Below, piece after piece: positions 1 to 13,427 of a stretch of 64,000 bases of DNA (the stretch's first letter is position 1; each line of letters opens with the position of its first letter). The notes under the pieces were generated by a model that worked only from the letters and a program-made list of their open reading frames with translations, made no database searches and was not told where the DNA came from. Where the stretch lies: positions 135,100,001-135,164,000 of the forward strand of contig NC_058368.1 in assembly GCF_018350175.1 (NCBI RefSeq), given 5' to 3'. The stretch comes from Felis catus. Its lineage: Eukaryota. A program made the translations under genes and the position numbers.

Positions 1-368
1 TCCATTAGTTTGCCTCATGAGGGTTTAGAACTTTGAATGACTCTGGACTGGAAAATTCTCCTGTCTTTATTCTGCCCATTGGCAGCTCTAATCCATCTAT
101 GTGCCTAAATCAGACATCTTGTGATCCATTTCCCACAACTGAGAAATCAAACCTCACTCCCCTTGTTCTATGCCTGGGCAAAGTGCATGACCTGGCAAAC
201 AGAAACGGGCTCAACCAAGTTGGTGGGCTATTAGGTAGTCAAAGCGAAGAACTTTACTTGGTCAACACAGAAACGAAAATAACTCGTCCTTGTGAAGCTT
301 GGTTAAAACGGCATTTGAGCTAAAAGCCCTTTTGTTGAGCTTGAAAATTCTTGACCAAGGGGTGGGAG

Positions 369-408
369 TCATAAAGTGCTTTATGAGTCACGAGAAGGTC
401 AAAGGTCA
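369..408 (+). promoter_or_regulatory. Candidate enhancer motif cluster: inverted HOX/CDX-type sites, AP-1 site, perfect DR1 nuclear-receptor element
   Basis: TCATAAAG-tg-CTTTATGA inverted repeat (369-386), TGAGTCA (384-390), AGGTCA-A-AGGTCA (396-408). Motifs are seen directly; function is inferred. Confidence 0.45.
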
Positions 409-2514
409 CCTTTCAACTTTTAAAACAAGCCTTGGCTACTTACCGTCCCTTGCTTGCCTTCCCTCCTGCCCCCTCCTCTTCACCAGCTTCATCATCTATG
501 TCCGCTTCACAGTCTATCTGTAATGAATTTGGATCCAGTTCAAGGAATACACAGGAGGACTTCAGCTCCCAGAGCAGGCTGCTCTGTAGGAGGGAGAGAG
601 AAAAGAAAACACCCTGGGGCGGCTCTGTATTTCCAAAAGATTAAAAATAATTAAACAATAAGATATTCAACTTGGATTATTTTGGGACAGTGATTAATGG
701 CTCTTCTCTTTCTAATGATACCCTCCTCTAAGCTAATCCTTCCCAACCTCATTTCAAAGAAAATGTTGGTTAACACTTGATTTGTTTCATTCCACGTACC
801 CTTAAGTAAATCAGGGTTTATTATGGCCCTGACATTCATACCAATCAGCTGCCTCCCTCTCTCCTCTCTTGTAATAATTCAGGGGGAAAGAAAGGAGACA
901 TTTTCAAAGGCAGCAGTGCTTCACTGAGTAATTACCTAACTACCCAAGTCAATAAATCGTGGGTCAACCAGTACGCTGGGGCTGCAGGGAGAGGTCAGAA
1001 CCCAGGTGTCTCTTAGCCACTGTGCCCAGCACTATGCCCACCGCGAAAGAGCCTCTCGGTAAATGTTTGTTGCATGAATACATTGTAGAAACAAGTATTT
1101 TCTTTTTGTGAAGTGGGAGAGTGAATCCTTTTCACGGGGACCCAGACTGAGGTAAAGCAGAGGTGAGGTGATGCAGCGGCTCACATTGAATTTCTCAGGT
1201 TTCATAATGGGCTCATGCATCCATTCAACAAACATTTACTGAGCACCCACTACGTACTGTAATGTATTAAAATAGGGTTTGCTCTAGCAGAAGTGGCAAC
1301 AAATTGTAAATAATTGCCCCACCAGACAGGAGGTAGCAGTTCTGTCACACTTAGTGCACGGAACATGGAGACATTGAGGAAGTATTAGTTGAGTAGATAA
1401 TAATATAGAAAAACAATAGCCCCAGATTATCTTAAGCATGACATCTCCAAAGCTCATGTCCTTGAATCTTAATGCAGTGATCTCTTGGCAGCCCAGCATA
1501 TTTTGAAGCAATGGTGGATATTCTTAGGTCATTTAATTTAAACTGTAACAATAGAACAGAAACATAGATTTTAGCCCTTGTGTCTCTCCTTACCTTCATG
1601 TGGTCAGGCAGAGAGCCTTTTGCACTGGGAAAGTCGGAAGATTCGTTTGCAAGATGATAATTTAACAAAACCATAGAGGGATTGTGGAGATCATTTAGAA
1701 ATGCAGCAAGGCCATTTCGATAAGTTCATGGTAAATGTAATTGGGAATAAAACCTTGACCTTTGACTTAATGATGAAATTAACATTAAATTTAGCAACTT
1801 TTACTGCATATTTTCAACAGCTTCCCCAAAAGACTTTGTCAGCTTCCAGTTTGGACTTCCTAACCTAAGGAAACTGTTTTTATTCTATAGCTCCAAGAGG
1901 TAACCTGCAAAAATAAGGGTTCATTCTTAATCAACTCCATGGCATCCTATCTTCCTCCATTCACCCAAGCCAGAAGTTTTCCATCTGGACAACAGTGACT
2001 CCCCTTTCTAACATGACGGAACGGAGAAAGCCCCGACAGTGATGGGTTTAAGGAGACTGAATGGTCACACTGTATGTAAGTTGAAAAAAAAAAAAATCTT
2101 CTATCCTGCTCCACTGCTGTCCAGAAGACAGCAACTAAAAAGCAGCCTCTATGTAAATTGGACCTCAGCCCCTGAGCATCCCGTCCTGAAATGTAATTCC
2201 CCTATCTGACTGAAGTCCCTGTCCCTGCATAAGCACAGAGCTGACCCTACCACCCAGGGAATTGCTCTGAGGAGCCACAGAAAAATTTACTCCATCAGCT
2301 ATGGCAAAGACTCCCGTGGTACTGTCCTCTTAACAACCACAGAAGCACTGGGCTGAGTGCCTTTTGAGAATATTATCAATACTTTCTTTCATTAACACCA
2401 CCAGCCTGATTTCTTAAAGGATGAAACGTCCATAAAAAACAATCTTGGTATGTATACCCAAATGCCTACTTTATTGGCTGCCATCATGCTCACTTAATTT
2501 TCAGAATTCAGTAG

Positions 2515-2930
2515 GTGGATCAGTAAGGAAAAGCCGGAAGCTCCTGTAACAAACCACCTTAAATTGCAGCAGTTCAGCACAATAACCATTTATTTCCCGC
2601 TCATGTCCCAGTGCGTGAGGGTTGGATGGTTCTCCTAGATAGCTCACCTCCACGGAATGTGTGAAAGATCTAGTCTCCTCGGAGCTTGTGCCACTGTCAT
2701 CCACAGGATATGGACTCCTTATACACAAGGAAGGAGAAGAAAGAGCATAGAAAACTGTCTGGAGAAGTTTATGCCCAGGCTTGGAAGGAGCATATATCAC
2801 CTTTTGCCCCATTCCATTGGCCAAAATGCAGCACTGTCTCCAGCTTAACTTCAAGAGAGAGCAGGGAACTTAGACTTTCAGTGTGTCTAGCAAGAGGAAC
2901 GGGATTAGTAAGCACCAACCTCATGTGTGC
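2515..2930 (-). mobile_element. Old MaLR LTR (MLT1J/K-like), degraded
   Basis: 'ctgtaacaaaccaccttaaat...atttatttcccgctcatg' and 'cacttttgccccattccattggccaaaa' resemble MLT1 LTR in reverse orientation. Confidence 0.6.
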
Positions 2931-3056
2931 GATGAAGTTTGTTTTATGACACTAACATGTAGAATGGGAAGAATAGAATCGTCCTAATGGTTTCAAGTGC
3001 TCAAGAAAAGATCATTCTATGTAATGCTCCCTCTGTTGTACCAGCAGAAAGGGGAG

Positions 3057-3257
3057 GAGCTTAGTGTTGGGAGCATGTGCTCAGGAGTCACACTGCTTCT
3101 GTTCACATCATGGCTCTATCACTTATTGGATATGTAATGGCGGGTAAATTGCTCCATTTCTTTGTGCATCAGATTTATCTGCAAAATGGAGTTGACAGTA
3201 TTTACCTCAAAAGGTTACTGTAAGGAATAAATGAGATGAAATATTTGAAGGGCTTGT
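3057..3257 (+). mobile_element. MIR SINE
   Basis: MIR core: 'ggctctatcacttatt...atctgcaaaatggagttgacagtatttacctca...aataaatgagat'. Confidence 0.8.
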
Positions 3258-3993
3258 CCACTTTGGAGGCTGAACGAAAGGGTAGTGACAGAGCTTTGGA
3301 AGAACCCAAGTGTGAGATGGTACGAGATGAGAGGGGCTAGTGGACGCACATGGCAGGAGGAAGGGACAATTAGGAAAGTGTCCTCACCTTGGACCAGGAA
3401 GTCGTTGCATTTCCACTGATACAAGCCAGCCAGATGTCAGATCAGCTAGTCACGTTATTAAAGATGAAGCTGTTTTCTGCAGGAGGAAGTAGAAGTGTAC
3501 CCTTAAATGGATACAAAAATGTCTCATGGAGAACAAGACAAGAAGAAAAGCGAATCTAAAGACTCTTAAAAACAAAGACAAGAGCCCGTGAGGGAACCAG
3601 AGCCCTTTTTCACCTTCTCTTATCTTTGTGGCTCTCCTCACATTTGCTTCATTCTTTTCCCACCCAGCCACTGACTTTCTTGGCTTTGTCATGGTAGAAA
3701 ATAGCCACTACCAATGTTTACATCTCTTCTACTAAGGGGGATAACCGAACTAAACTGGAATCATATGCCAAATTCCAAATTCCTAGAAAAGGAACTCATT
3801 GGTCCAGCCTAGTCAGGTGCCACCCTTGGTTCATTCAACTCTGGGTTGAATGGCAGGTGGGTTCACGCTATGGGAACATGGCTTCTATAGTAATCTTGTG
3901 TATTAGGATGAGGAAGTGATGGCTCCTAAAAGAACGTAAAGCTCTAGGTGGACTCCTTTCTTCAAGTTTCTGATCACATACTGCCTTTTGACA

Positions 3994-3996
<3 letters not shown>

Positions 3997-4030
<34 letters not shown>
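3997..4030. repeat. (GT)17 microsatellite
   Basis: Direct reading. Confidence 0.97.
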
Positions 4031-4032
<2 letters not shown>

Positions 4033-4109
4033 ATGTGTCTGTGTGTTGTCATTTTCATTGTTGATCACCTTAGTTTTTCATGGGCTTATATCCTTTCTCC
4101 TCAATTAGG

Positions 4110-4468
4110 TTGGTTATACTATTGTATTATATGTGCCCCCCAAATTCAGATGTTGAAACCTAACTGCCAGGGTGATGGTATTAGGAGGTAGGGTCTTTGG
4201 AAGGTGGTAAGAACAAGGCCAAAGTTCTTACCAATGCAACTAGTGCCCTTACAGAGCTATCTCCAGGGTACTCCCTGGTCCCTTCGGCCATGTGAGGACA
4301 CAATGACAAGTCGGCAATCTGAAACCCAGAAGAGGATCCTTACCTGACCCTGCTGGCACCCTAATCCAAGACTTCCAGCCTCCAGAACTGTGAGACCTAA
4401 ATTTCTATTGTTTCTAAGCCACTCAGTCTATGGTATCTTTGTTATAGCAGCCTGAACAGACTAAGACA
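4110..4468 (+). mobile_element. MaLR solo LTR (MLT1A-like)
   Basis: 'gtgccccccaaattcagatgttgaaacctaa...gacttccagcctccagaactgtgaga...tatagcagcctgaacagactaagaca' with typical MLT1A 3' end. Confidence 0.88.
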
Positions 4469-5029
4469 TGTAATAAGTAACCAAAGTAAGGACTGTGAGT
4501 ACAATCTTTTTTCTATTCCACAGGGCTAATGCAGTGATCTATAATAGGCATTTAAAAAATATAGAATGAATTAAAGAATAAGTGATTAGTCTTGGAGGGG
4601 GGTGGAGGGACAAGTATTGCCAATTTAGTGGCTTTAAAAGGTCAGTGTCACATCCTTGGAAGACTGACTTACTTGAAGAAAGCAGTTGAGTCATAAAGAG
4701 ATGGTGCACAAGACAGACTGATGCTTCCTAGATCTTTTTTTTTTTTTAACTCTCCTTGCAAATGACTGATTAGAGTCTTTAAAAATTAGCCTGCCACTGA
4801 CTACTAATTACTTTTGTGTCAGTCCTTGGATGCTGCAGCTTTACTGATGTTTGATTCTTACCTTTTCTTGCCATCACTCATTCCTAAAACTGAATCTTCA
4901 TGTAGACGTGTAAAGTATTTTTTCACCCTAACGTCACTATTATGGATGCACATGGTAATTACCCTTAATGTTTATTTAGTGCATTTGTTATAGAGCACTC
5001 AACTCTTAACTCTTTAATTCTCTTTGTTG

Positions 5030-5150
5030 CCCATTCATTCATTTGCTATCCGTAGAGTGTCTCCAATGCACAAAGTCCTGGGTACATAACAGTGAGTAAG
5101 AACCAGTGCCTCCCTCAAGGAGCTACGATGAGGGGGAGAAGCCATCAGCC
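5030..5150 (-). mobile_element. L2 LINE 3' fragment
   Basis: 'cattcattcatttg...gtcctgggtacataacagtgagtaagaaccagtgcctccctcaaggagct' resembles reverse-complement L2 3' end. Confidence 0.6.
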
Positions 5151-7489
5151 GGCAGTTACTGAGGAAACTACGAGTTAGTCCACCTTTTTCAAATGTGTGG
5201 TTCTGCGGACAGCAGTCGCGAATAAAGAAACTTAAAAAAGTCTTCAGTTCCATAGCATCTAAGTAAAAAGAATCACTTGAAAGGCTACAAGTAGGTCGTG
5301 GTAAAAATGTGTACCTAACTTAATGGACAGCGTTTTATGCATTCTTTATTTATAGTAACCACACTCTGTATTTCATTCCATCTGTTTTCAAGTGGAAGTC
5401 TGACCACTGTTAAAGTGACGACCCACTTGTTTTTCTTTCCTTCCTTCTTTCCTTCCTTCTTGTCTTTTCTTCCATTAATTCTCATTGGCCTGGAGCTCAA
5501 TTTCCAACAGGCTTAGTAGTGACAGGGCTCCCTGTGGGCCTGGGGAGTATGGCAATGAGAGGTCATTGTAGTCTCGAGAGGTCAGCAAAAAAGGGATATG
5601 CATTTACTTTCACTTCCCTCCCTCATTACAGCAAACCATATGAACCCCTTCGGTGGTCACTAGATGAGAAATGTGAGAGACCTCCTTGAGGAGGAGAGTA
5701 GTTGGCCCTTTGCTTTGGCTGTTTAGCATGCATTCCCATAGCAACATCCAGTGAAAAGGAACAGTCGATTGCTTATTCCCTCCATCCTCTAAATAATTGA
5801 CAAGCCATCTCTTTGGAAACTTAATGGTACAGCTAGATTCATGTGAAAGAGGCCACTGTCAACCTTTTTCCAAATCTGTCCAAATATTCCATTCCTCCAT
5901 CACTACCTCCAAATGTAACTGTGGAAGACACCACCAACCAACCAACCAACTGACCAGCCAACCAACAACAGAACATTCTAAATGCAAATGGAACAAAGAT
6001 TCCTGACATTAGTTAGCCAGAGAGAGACGCAAGCTCCTTGTTAGAGTTCCAGACCCCCTTGCACATGTAAGTACAAGGTTTGGTTTTGTGGTAACTTCTG
6101 GATCTCAGGAGGCTGCAGAATTAGCAGTCCTTGCGTGAGAATGTGGTTCCATTATTTATTCGAATAAATAGCCACATGAAAGCCCACAGGAGCCGTCAAA
6201 GTCAGCGTGCAACCGGGCCTGCGGGCAGAACTGTTCTTTCTTATGTCTTCTTCAGGGGCCCTTTCTAAAGAAAACATCACCACATATTTAAAACATGATG
6301 GGCTTGGTCTGACTTCATTTTGGGTGGTGCAAAACTTTGTTTTTTTCCAACTTGGGAAAACAAGTACTGGCATTGTGGTTAACCTTGGGAGACTCACTAC
6401 CTACTCTCCTCCCACATTTAAAGATTGTTCCATTCTTACTTAGTTTCCTCTTCCAAAGAAATGTGGATTCATTGTTCCACCATACTCTATTCAGCTTCTG
6501 CCAGTTAAGTGGTAACAAATTTCAACTCTTTCAGAGATGGCTTTTCTCTTCCTAATTTCTAGGGCCATATATCACAGTACTGAGATTGGCCATTATCAAA
6601 TTACAGCTGGGACTTGTCTGACCTAGACTAAGGTGCCAAGTACATGGAGAACAGAGTCTGACAGTAGCCAAGGGCCTTTGCGATATCTTCGTGCACTTTT
6701 AAACCTTAGTAATTTAAGTTGTAGGCCTATTAGAAATAATGCACAAGTGGCTTTTAGAAAGCCATCTGTTAAGTTTAAAACGGCTACATTAGATAAGCAT
6801 ACATGATGCACTTTTTTTCTTCCAGAATCCATGACAAATAAAAAGCCTTCTATAGATGATAAGGGGAATGGTATCCTGTGGTTCCAGGGGAGAAGTCCTT
6901 ATCGGTTGGGAGAAAAGAATTCAATTTGTGTTTAAATGCCATTTATAACTTGTTTCTTTCACAACTGCAGCCTGTTGTTAAATGTTTAAAAGCTGCTTCA
7001 GGATTTTATGATGTCTGAATTCTTAAAGCCAAAACATGTTCACCTTTTTCAGAATTATGTTTAAATAATCACTTAAAAAAAAAAAGTAAGTGCAAAAAAT
7101 GACGTACAAAGTATTTAATATAACCCCAGTAAGGAAGGGTCAAGGTCATTCAATAGCTGGGGCCACTGAGCCAGAGGTGCTGGAGAATTCTCTCTCTTCT
7201 CTGAGATTCTATTCCTGGCCCTGTGTGCCCCTAGAACCATTCCATATTCCACCTGGATCAGAATGGGGACTGAGTTTTGCCTTCTCTGTTTCAAGCCAAA
7301 GTCCTACAGGGGCCTCCTCTGGCACAGAATAAAGATTTCCTTACAGGAATGATGTGCCCCAACTCCGGGAAGCATTTGCTGCCCGCACCGCCCGCATCTC
7401 TGCCTGGTTGATAGATGGGGATATGACCACATCCTAGCTCACGGTGTAAGCCCCCGAGCTCCCTCTGCATCAGGTCTTCACACACTCAG

Positions 7490-7680
7490 AATTACTCCGA
7501 CGTGAAACAGGCCTGAGTTCCCATTCCAACTTCACCACTTCAACCAGCTGTACGAAATTTGTTAGGCCCCGTTTCCTTCTGTATAACATGAGGCTAATAA
7601 TAACTAATCCACAGCATTACTGTGAGATTTGATGAGATGATACATGCAACAGTGCTTGCAACAATCAACTGAAGTTACTA
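7490..7680 (+). mobile_element. MIR SINE
   Basis: 'gcctgagttcccattcc...gtttccttctgtataacatgaggctaataata...gtgagatttgatgagat'. Confidence 0.65.
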
Positions 7681-10032
7681 TAAGTGATATGCATGAGGCC
7701 AAGTATCCAGTTGCTTTGAGGGATAATTAAAGCCATAGATTCTTTCATTTTGACACAAAACACCCATTTATATTGATGTTGTGAAGAGCAGAGTATCTAC
7801 CAGGCCTAAAATTCACTTCTTGTAGTCATTCTTGAACTTGAAATCAAATTCCAATGTCTACGCAGAGTTGGAATATGGCAGCTTCCTGGTTCAAAACAAA
7901 AGTCCTCAATACTTAAGGCAGGTTAAAAATTCAGTAGTTCTCTCTTATGAGAGCTTGTCTCAATTCTTTCTCTGAAATGGTTCTTGATTCTGTTCTTTCT
8001 CCTTTTGTTCTGTTCTCTCCTTTCTCCTGCTTTTATAAAGTATAACAGCCTCAGCCTGATCTCCATGACTCTCAATTCTACTTACCTTCAGGCAATGGAG
8101 ATAGAAAATACCAAATGAACTCAACAACATAGTCACTTTAAAAATCCACATTCTAAAAATTGCCACTACTGTGATGTTTTTGGTCAACATATTTACTGTA
8201 CTTGATATTTCAAGTAACCATAAAGGAGGAAATTCAATTTTTGTGCTTATCAAAAAGTGGGAGCATGAGTTAAGAGAGGTCTAGATGTTGTGACTTAGCA
8301 AGACACGCAGAGCTCTGCACAACCTACCCCGCCATGTCTTTTCAGGATCACCACTTGTCACTTCCCTGTGAAGTCTATCATCAGTCTTGTTGAATTACAA
8401 ATTACATGGCCTTGTCTCCAAAACACACTGCTCTTTCAACCTTTGGGTCTTTGCAAACTTGGCTGCGTCTGTCTCTGGAATGATCTAAATGCTCCCTTTC
8501 CACTTACAAAGCCTCTATTCAAAGGTCACCTCGCAAGAGGAATACATTCATAGTCCAAAGAATATGGGTTTGAATCCTGGCTCTGCTATGTCCTGGTTCC
8601 ATGACCATGAGCAATGAATAACCTTCAGTTTTCTCATCTGTAGGCAACTCAAAGAGCTCCACTACGCTAGGGGTAAAAATCTAGGCCCTTACACATCCCT
8701 GATTGTCACTGGCTTGACCACCCCGTTCCTCCCCCAGCCAATTGAAAGGCAATTCATTTCTGGTTTCTCTAAATCCAGACCAAGCTGATGCATGCAGTGT
8801 ACTTGGCGGCTGGAATTTTGCCCTTATTATTAATGTCACAGTCATCTCACTCACCTAAGGGTGAGTGATTTTCCTTGCCAGTTGGAGCAGACTCACTGAT
8901 GCTCAAGAGAAACATCTACCACCATCCCTGTCACCATCTTGATCCTCCTTGCTCAAGTCTGCGGACAACACCACTACTGTTTCTTAACAGTTCTTTTTTG
9001 AACAAGAGAGAAAGTTCCTCTCTCACATGTTTTAGTCAGTCAAGGAGTTCCTAAGATGATGCAACAATACTAATTGGGTTCCAAAGTTTGATAGTTCTTC
9101 TTCCCCAGATAATTACAGATAGTAAATACAGGGCCTACGTCTATCCAGACATCGCCAAACCTTTAAGCCCTGAGCAAATCTTCAAGTGAGTCAACTCACT
9201 GGGCCACCTCCTCCCCATTTGGCCTTTCCTCCCAAAGGTTCTCCCACTGTTCCCCCCTAAGAGTTCAAGTCCTTCTTAAACCTCAGACCCCCTTATGCAA
9301 ATCAGCACACTCAAATGAATACTGGGAGTGTTCCAGGAATGGTATTTTATCTCCTTTCAAAGAAGTTTCAGTTACCATCCAGGGGGAATCCATGGGATTG
9401 TAAAATTAGGGTAAGAATATCTACCTAAAATGATCCCAAAGAATGATAAATTAAATTATATTAAATGAGATATATTTCAAGCGCCTGGTGCAGTCCCAGG
9501 TACATAGTTCATTCTTAGGCAGATGTAAGCAACCAGTGCTCCAAATATCACAGTAAAAAAGCTGCTTCTCTGGACTCCCACAAAGATGAGCAAGATTTCT
9601 GTTTAGCTCCGACTATACCATGTGGGGGGTTGAACTCCTCCCTGTTACACTGGGACTATCTCTTCTCATCTCTGTATCCTTACCACTCTGCCCTACCCTT
9701 GGCTTAGCACAGCACCTGGTCTATCATAGCCCCTAGGAACCTTTGAGTGGATGAGTTAAGAGGAAAACAGATCTGAAACAAGCAGATTGCAATTTTCCTT
9801 GGAAAGTAAATTTCAGCACATCTTTTGAAGCCCGTGTGCTCTTTCCAAACTCTAACTGAAGGTGTTTATTTTTTGAGTCTCTAGTACCAAGCCCCAGTGT
9901 CCTGTGCATGGTTGACACTCAATGGACATTTGTTAACGATAATGATAATTGAGTTAATGTTATGTTAACTGTTCAACCCATGACAAAATCCTAGGCAGTA
10001 TCATTAACCCAAATTCCTGAATAACTATCCCT

Positions 10033-10064
10033 CAAACAAACAAACAAACAAACAAACAAACAAA
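10033..10064. repeat. (CAAA)8 microsatellite
   Basis: Direct reading. Confidence 0.95.
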
Positions 10065-10619
10065 AAGTCTGCAGTACCTTATTGCTGACCCCTATGAGTG
10101 GCTGTTCAGACTAACTGGACTCTGAAGCCTACCCCGCCCTGGACTTCCACCTATGTGAAATAATACACTTCTTCATTGTTTACAGCCATTTGAGTGAAGG
10201 TTTCTTTACCTCATATCTGAAAGCATTCTAATTGGTAGAAGTCCCAAGAGAAAAGTAAAGAATCTGAACACATCTTTTCCATTCTTTTCCCAAACCTTGA
10301 AAGAATGGAACAGTGGTTTCCACTTGCTATTCTAGTCTCTTAAGGGACCACCCCCCAGCAAATCCTCCCCCTTCCTGAACTGGCATTTCTTCCTCCTTGT
10401 GGCTTCCAGTATTTGTACCATGTTTAAAACTTCTGCTTAAAGGATGTGAATCCAAAAGAAAGAAGCTGTTTGAAGCCATGTGATTTAGGAAAGGAAGAAG
10501 AGAGGAGTAAAGATTATGGATTATGGATGAAAATTACAAACACTGTATGAAATGGCACATATACCTCCAGTGCAAATCCAGGTCAGCTTTCAAACTCAAC
10601 GACCCCAGGACCCTTTCCA

Positions 10620-10890
10620 TAAAGCTGTGCTGTCCTATACAGCAGCCAACGAGAATTAGCCACTTTTTTAGCCAAAAGCTATAAATATTTAAAATTTTAA
10701 GTAAAATGCAATTCAATGAAAATTTTAGTTTTCCAGTCACACCGGCCACATTTCAATTCTCAAGAGCCACATGTGGCTACAATATTTGAAGGAATAAATG
10801 TAGAATATTTTTGTAATTGCAGAAAGTTCTATTTGAAGAAATAAATGTAGAATATTTCTGTAATTGCAGAACGTTCTATTGTACAGAGCC
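10620..10890. mobile_element. hAT-Charlie DNA transposon fossil (MER3-like) with internal 47-bp tandem duplication
   Basis: 'gctgtgctgtcctatac', 'gccacatttcaa', 'agccacatgtggcta', 'gcagaaagttctatt' are MER3 hallmarks. Confidence 0.8.
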
Positions 10891-11679
10891 ATTTCAAAAG
10901 TTTCTCTTCATTCAAAAATAAAATAACCAGAGAACCAATCACAAGCTTAGGAAGTATGAAGAGAGAAAAATGAACATTTTTGTGGTTCAGCTGACATTAA
11001 AATGGGAAAAAGCACATCACTGGAATTAGAATGTCCTGCTCATTCGTCACTTTTTCTTCAATTAAAATGGCTTTGCTTGCTTACCTAATCTCTGTGACCT
11101 TACTTGCTACACAGTCAATGTGGAGATAACATTTACCTTGCATCAGTGTCATGAGGACTAGAGTTGATATAGGCGGCACAACTAGGTAGGGTCTTATTAC
11201 ACTGTAGATGATCAATTACAGTATTATCCCTGGTTTCTTTCCTTGGAGGTGAATCATACACAAGTTTTTTGTTTTGTTTGTTTTTGTTTGTTTTTTTCCA
11301 CACAACCTTCTCTATTCTTGATTCCAAGTGTGGTCCACAGACCTGCAGCAGAAGCATCTGAAAGCTTGTTAGAAGGTTGGAAAGCATTCATCTATACAAC
11401 ATAGGCAAAAACTCAAAACAAGTACGTTAGGTGACCACACAATAAAGATTTGGATAGTGGACTATGGAACCCTAACCATAACTTTGAGGCCACAATTTGA
11501 AGAGCCTATGAGAGCCTAGTGGCTGAGGCCAGCAATGATGGGAAGTTGGGTCAAGAAGGAACACCCAGGACAGAAAGAAAGCTCTTGCACCAGTCAAGCA
11601 AGGTAATACTACGAGAAGCAGAATCTCCCAGCTCCCTGTGTGCATCATCTGGTAGCACCCCTGAATTCTCTAAGGAGGT

Positions 11680-12331
11680 TTGCGATTGCTGCATACAAAT
11701 TACTCCCCAAAAGTTAATGATTTAAAACAATAATTGTTTATTATCTTTCCCATTTCCTGTAGGTCAGAAATTCAGACAGGTCACTGGATCTGGGGCCTCA
11801 GCTGGAAAGCTTGCAGGCTGGGGGATGGGGGCTGGAATCATTTGAAGACTCCTTCAGTCACAATCTGGCAGTGATGTTGGCTATTAGTGGCGGGCCTAGT
11901 TAGCACTGTCAGCTGGAACACCCACAGTCCGGTCTCATCATGTAGGCTTTCTTCTTCAGATTGGTGGCTGGGCCTCAAGGACAATCAGAGAGGGAGAGGG
12001 AGAGGGAGAGGGAGAGAGGAAGAGAGGGAGACAGGGAGAAATGGAGAGAGAACACCAACTAGAAGCCCTATTACATATTGTGTCCTAGCTTTGGAAGTCA
12101 TCCAGCATCACTGCTGCCACATTCTGTCGGGCACAGCAGTTACAAAGGTCTGTGGGGGATGAGAGGGAGGAAACATACACAAACATAAGTCAAGGTCATA
12201 CCATGACATAATAATATAGGTATGTCAAGGTCGCATTCCAAGAGCATATGGTGGGAAGAGCAAGTTTTGTGATAGCCCTCTAATTGAGGCCATCTTATTA
12301 TGGCCATCTTCGAAAAACCCAATCTGCCACA
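11680..12331 (-). mobile_element. MaLR LTR (MLT1F/G/H group) containing a (GAGAGG)n tract
   Basis: 'ttgctgcatacaaattactcccc...taggtcagaaattcagacagg' and end 'tggccatcttcgaaaaacccaatctgccaca'. Confidence 0.75.
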
Positions 12332-13281
12332 TGAATATTCTTTTTGGTTCAAGTTATTCCAGATCTCGAATCACCACGCCCACCACCATCATCATAAACA
12401 AGTTCTTATTTAGTGTCTTCCATGTGGAGGGCACCATATTCTGATTCATATTTATTTTATAGAAAAAGTTACAGGATATTCATCTCCCGTTGGTGTATCT
12501 TGTTCTTGGGAATTCTTTCATTTTTTTTTTCTCCAGGAAAAATAGCTTTAAAGCTAGTTTCACTTTCCATTCTGTCTTGTTCTTTTGCATTATTTCATTA
12601 CAGTCAAACTCTGTGAATGTGACATCAAAGGACTTGGAAAGTAAAGTGAGAATAAGTGGGATAGGTAGAGATAATGGCTCATTCGCTGGTACTAGGTTCC
12701 GAAATAGGTTTTTGGTTGCTCTACGGCTTAAGATTTATTGCTAATGGCAAATAAAATAATTACAGCAAAATGTGCCCATGGATTAGAATTTAGAGATCCT
12801 TTTTTTTTTAAAGCTATCTAAATACCTTGTATTCTCAGACTAAAACTTTTCTCTGTGCATTTTCATCTTCATAATAAAACTTTCTTGGCAAGACTTATCT
12901 CAATCTGTTGGGTGCTTCTTATATTAGAGTAGAATGAAAAAAGAGGGAGGAAGAGATATAGTTTTCTAAATATGATAGAATAAAAAATACTAGTGTTTGT
13001 TTCTCATTAAAAAAAAAATCGGAGGCAAAAACTACAATTGGATCTGGCCTATAGCCATTCATCCTAAATAATGGAGGAAGAGAAACATAAGGCAACTGAA
13101 TATAAACCTGGCACATACTTTCAGGTTTCTAATTTTACAGAGTCTTCTGTGTTCCCTTTCATTAGAAAGTCACATTCTAACTTTCTATAGTTAGCTGGTC
13201 TGCCCCTGTGATGGTCTTTTCTCCCCACCCACCTAACTGCTATTAATACCCAGGGTTCCCATTATTGCCTTCTAGAAATTT

Positions 13282-13295
13282 CACACACACACACA

Positions 13296-13332
<37 letters not shown>

Positions 13333-13427
13333 CACATACATACACATTCACTCATATACACAAACTTTCACACTCACACTCATTCACATGCACATGGTCA
13401 CTCATAAAATTATGCGCGCGCGCGCAC

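Noticed and set aside
5800..5935. Minus-strand splice-acceptor-like site (gtcttccacag) suggesting a coding exon
   Set aside because: All three downstream frames reach a stop within about 30 codons with no recognisable peptide; a non-coding exon cannot be judged from sequence alone.
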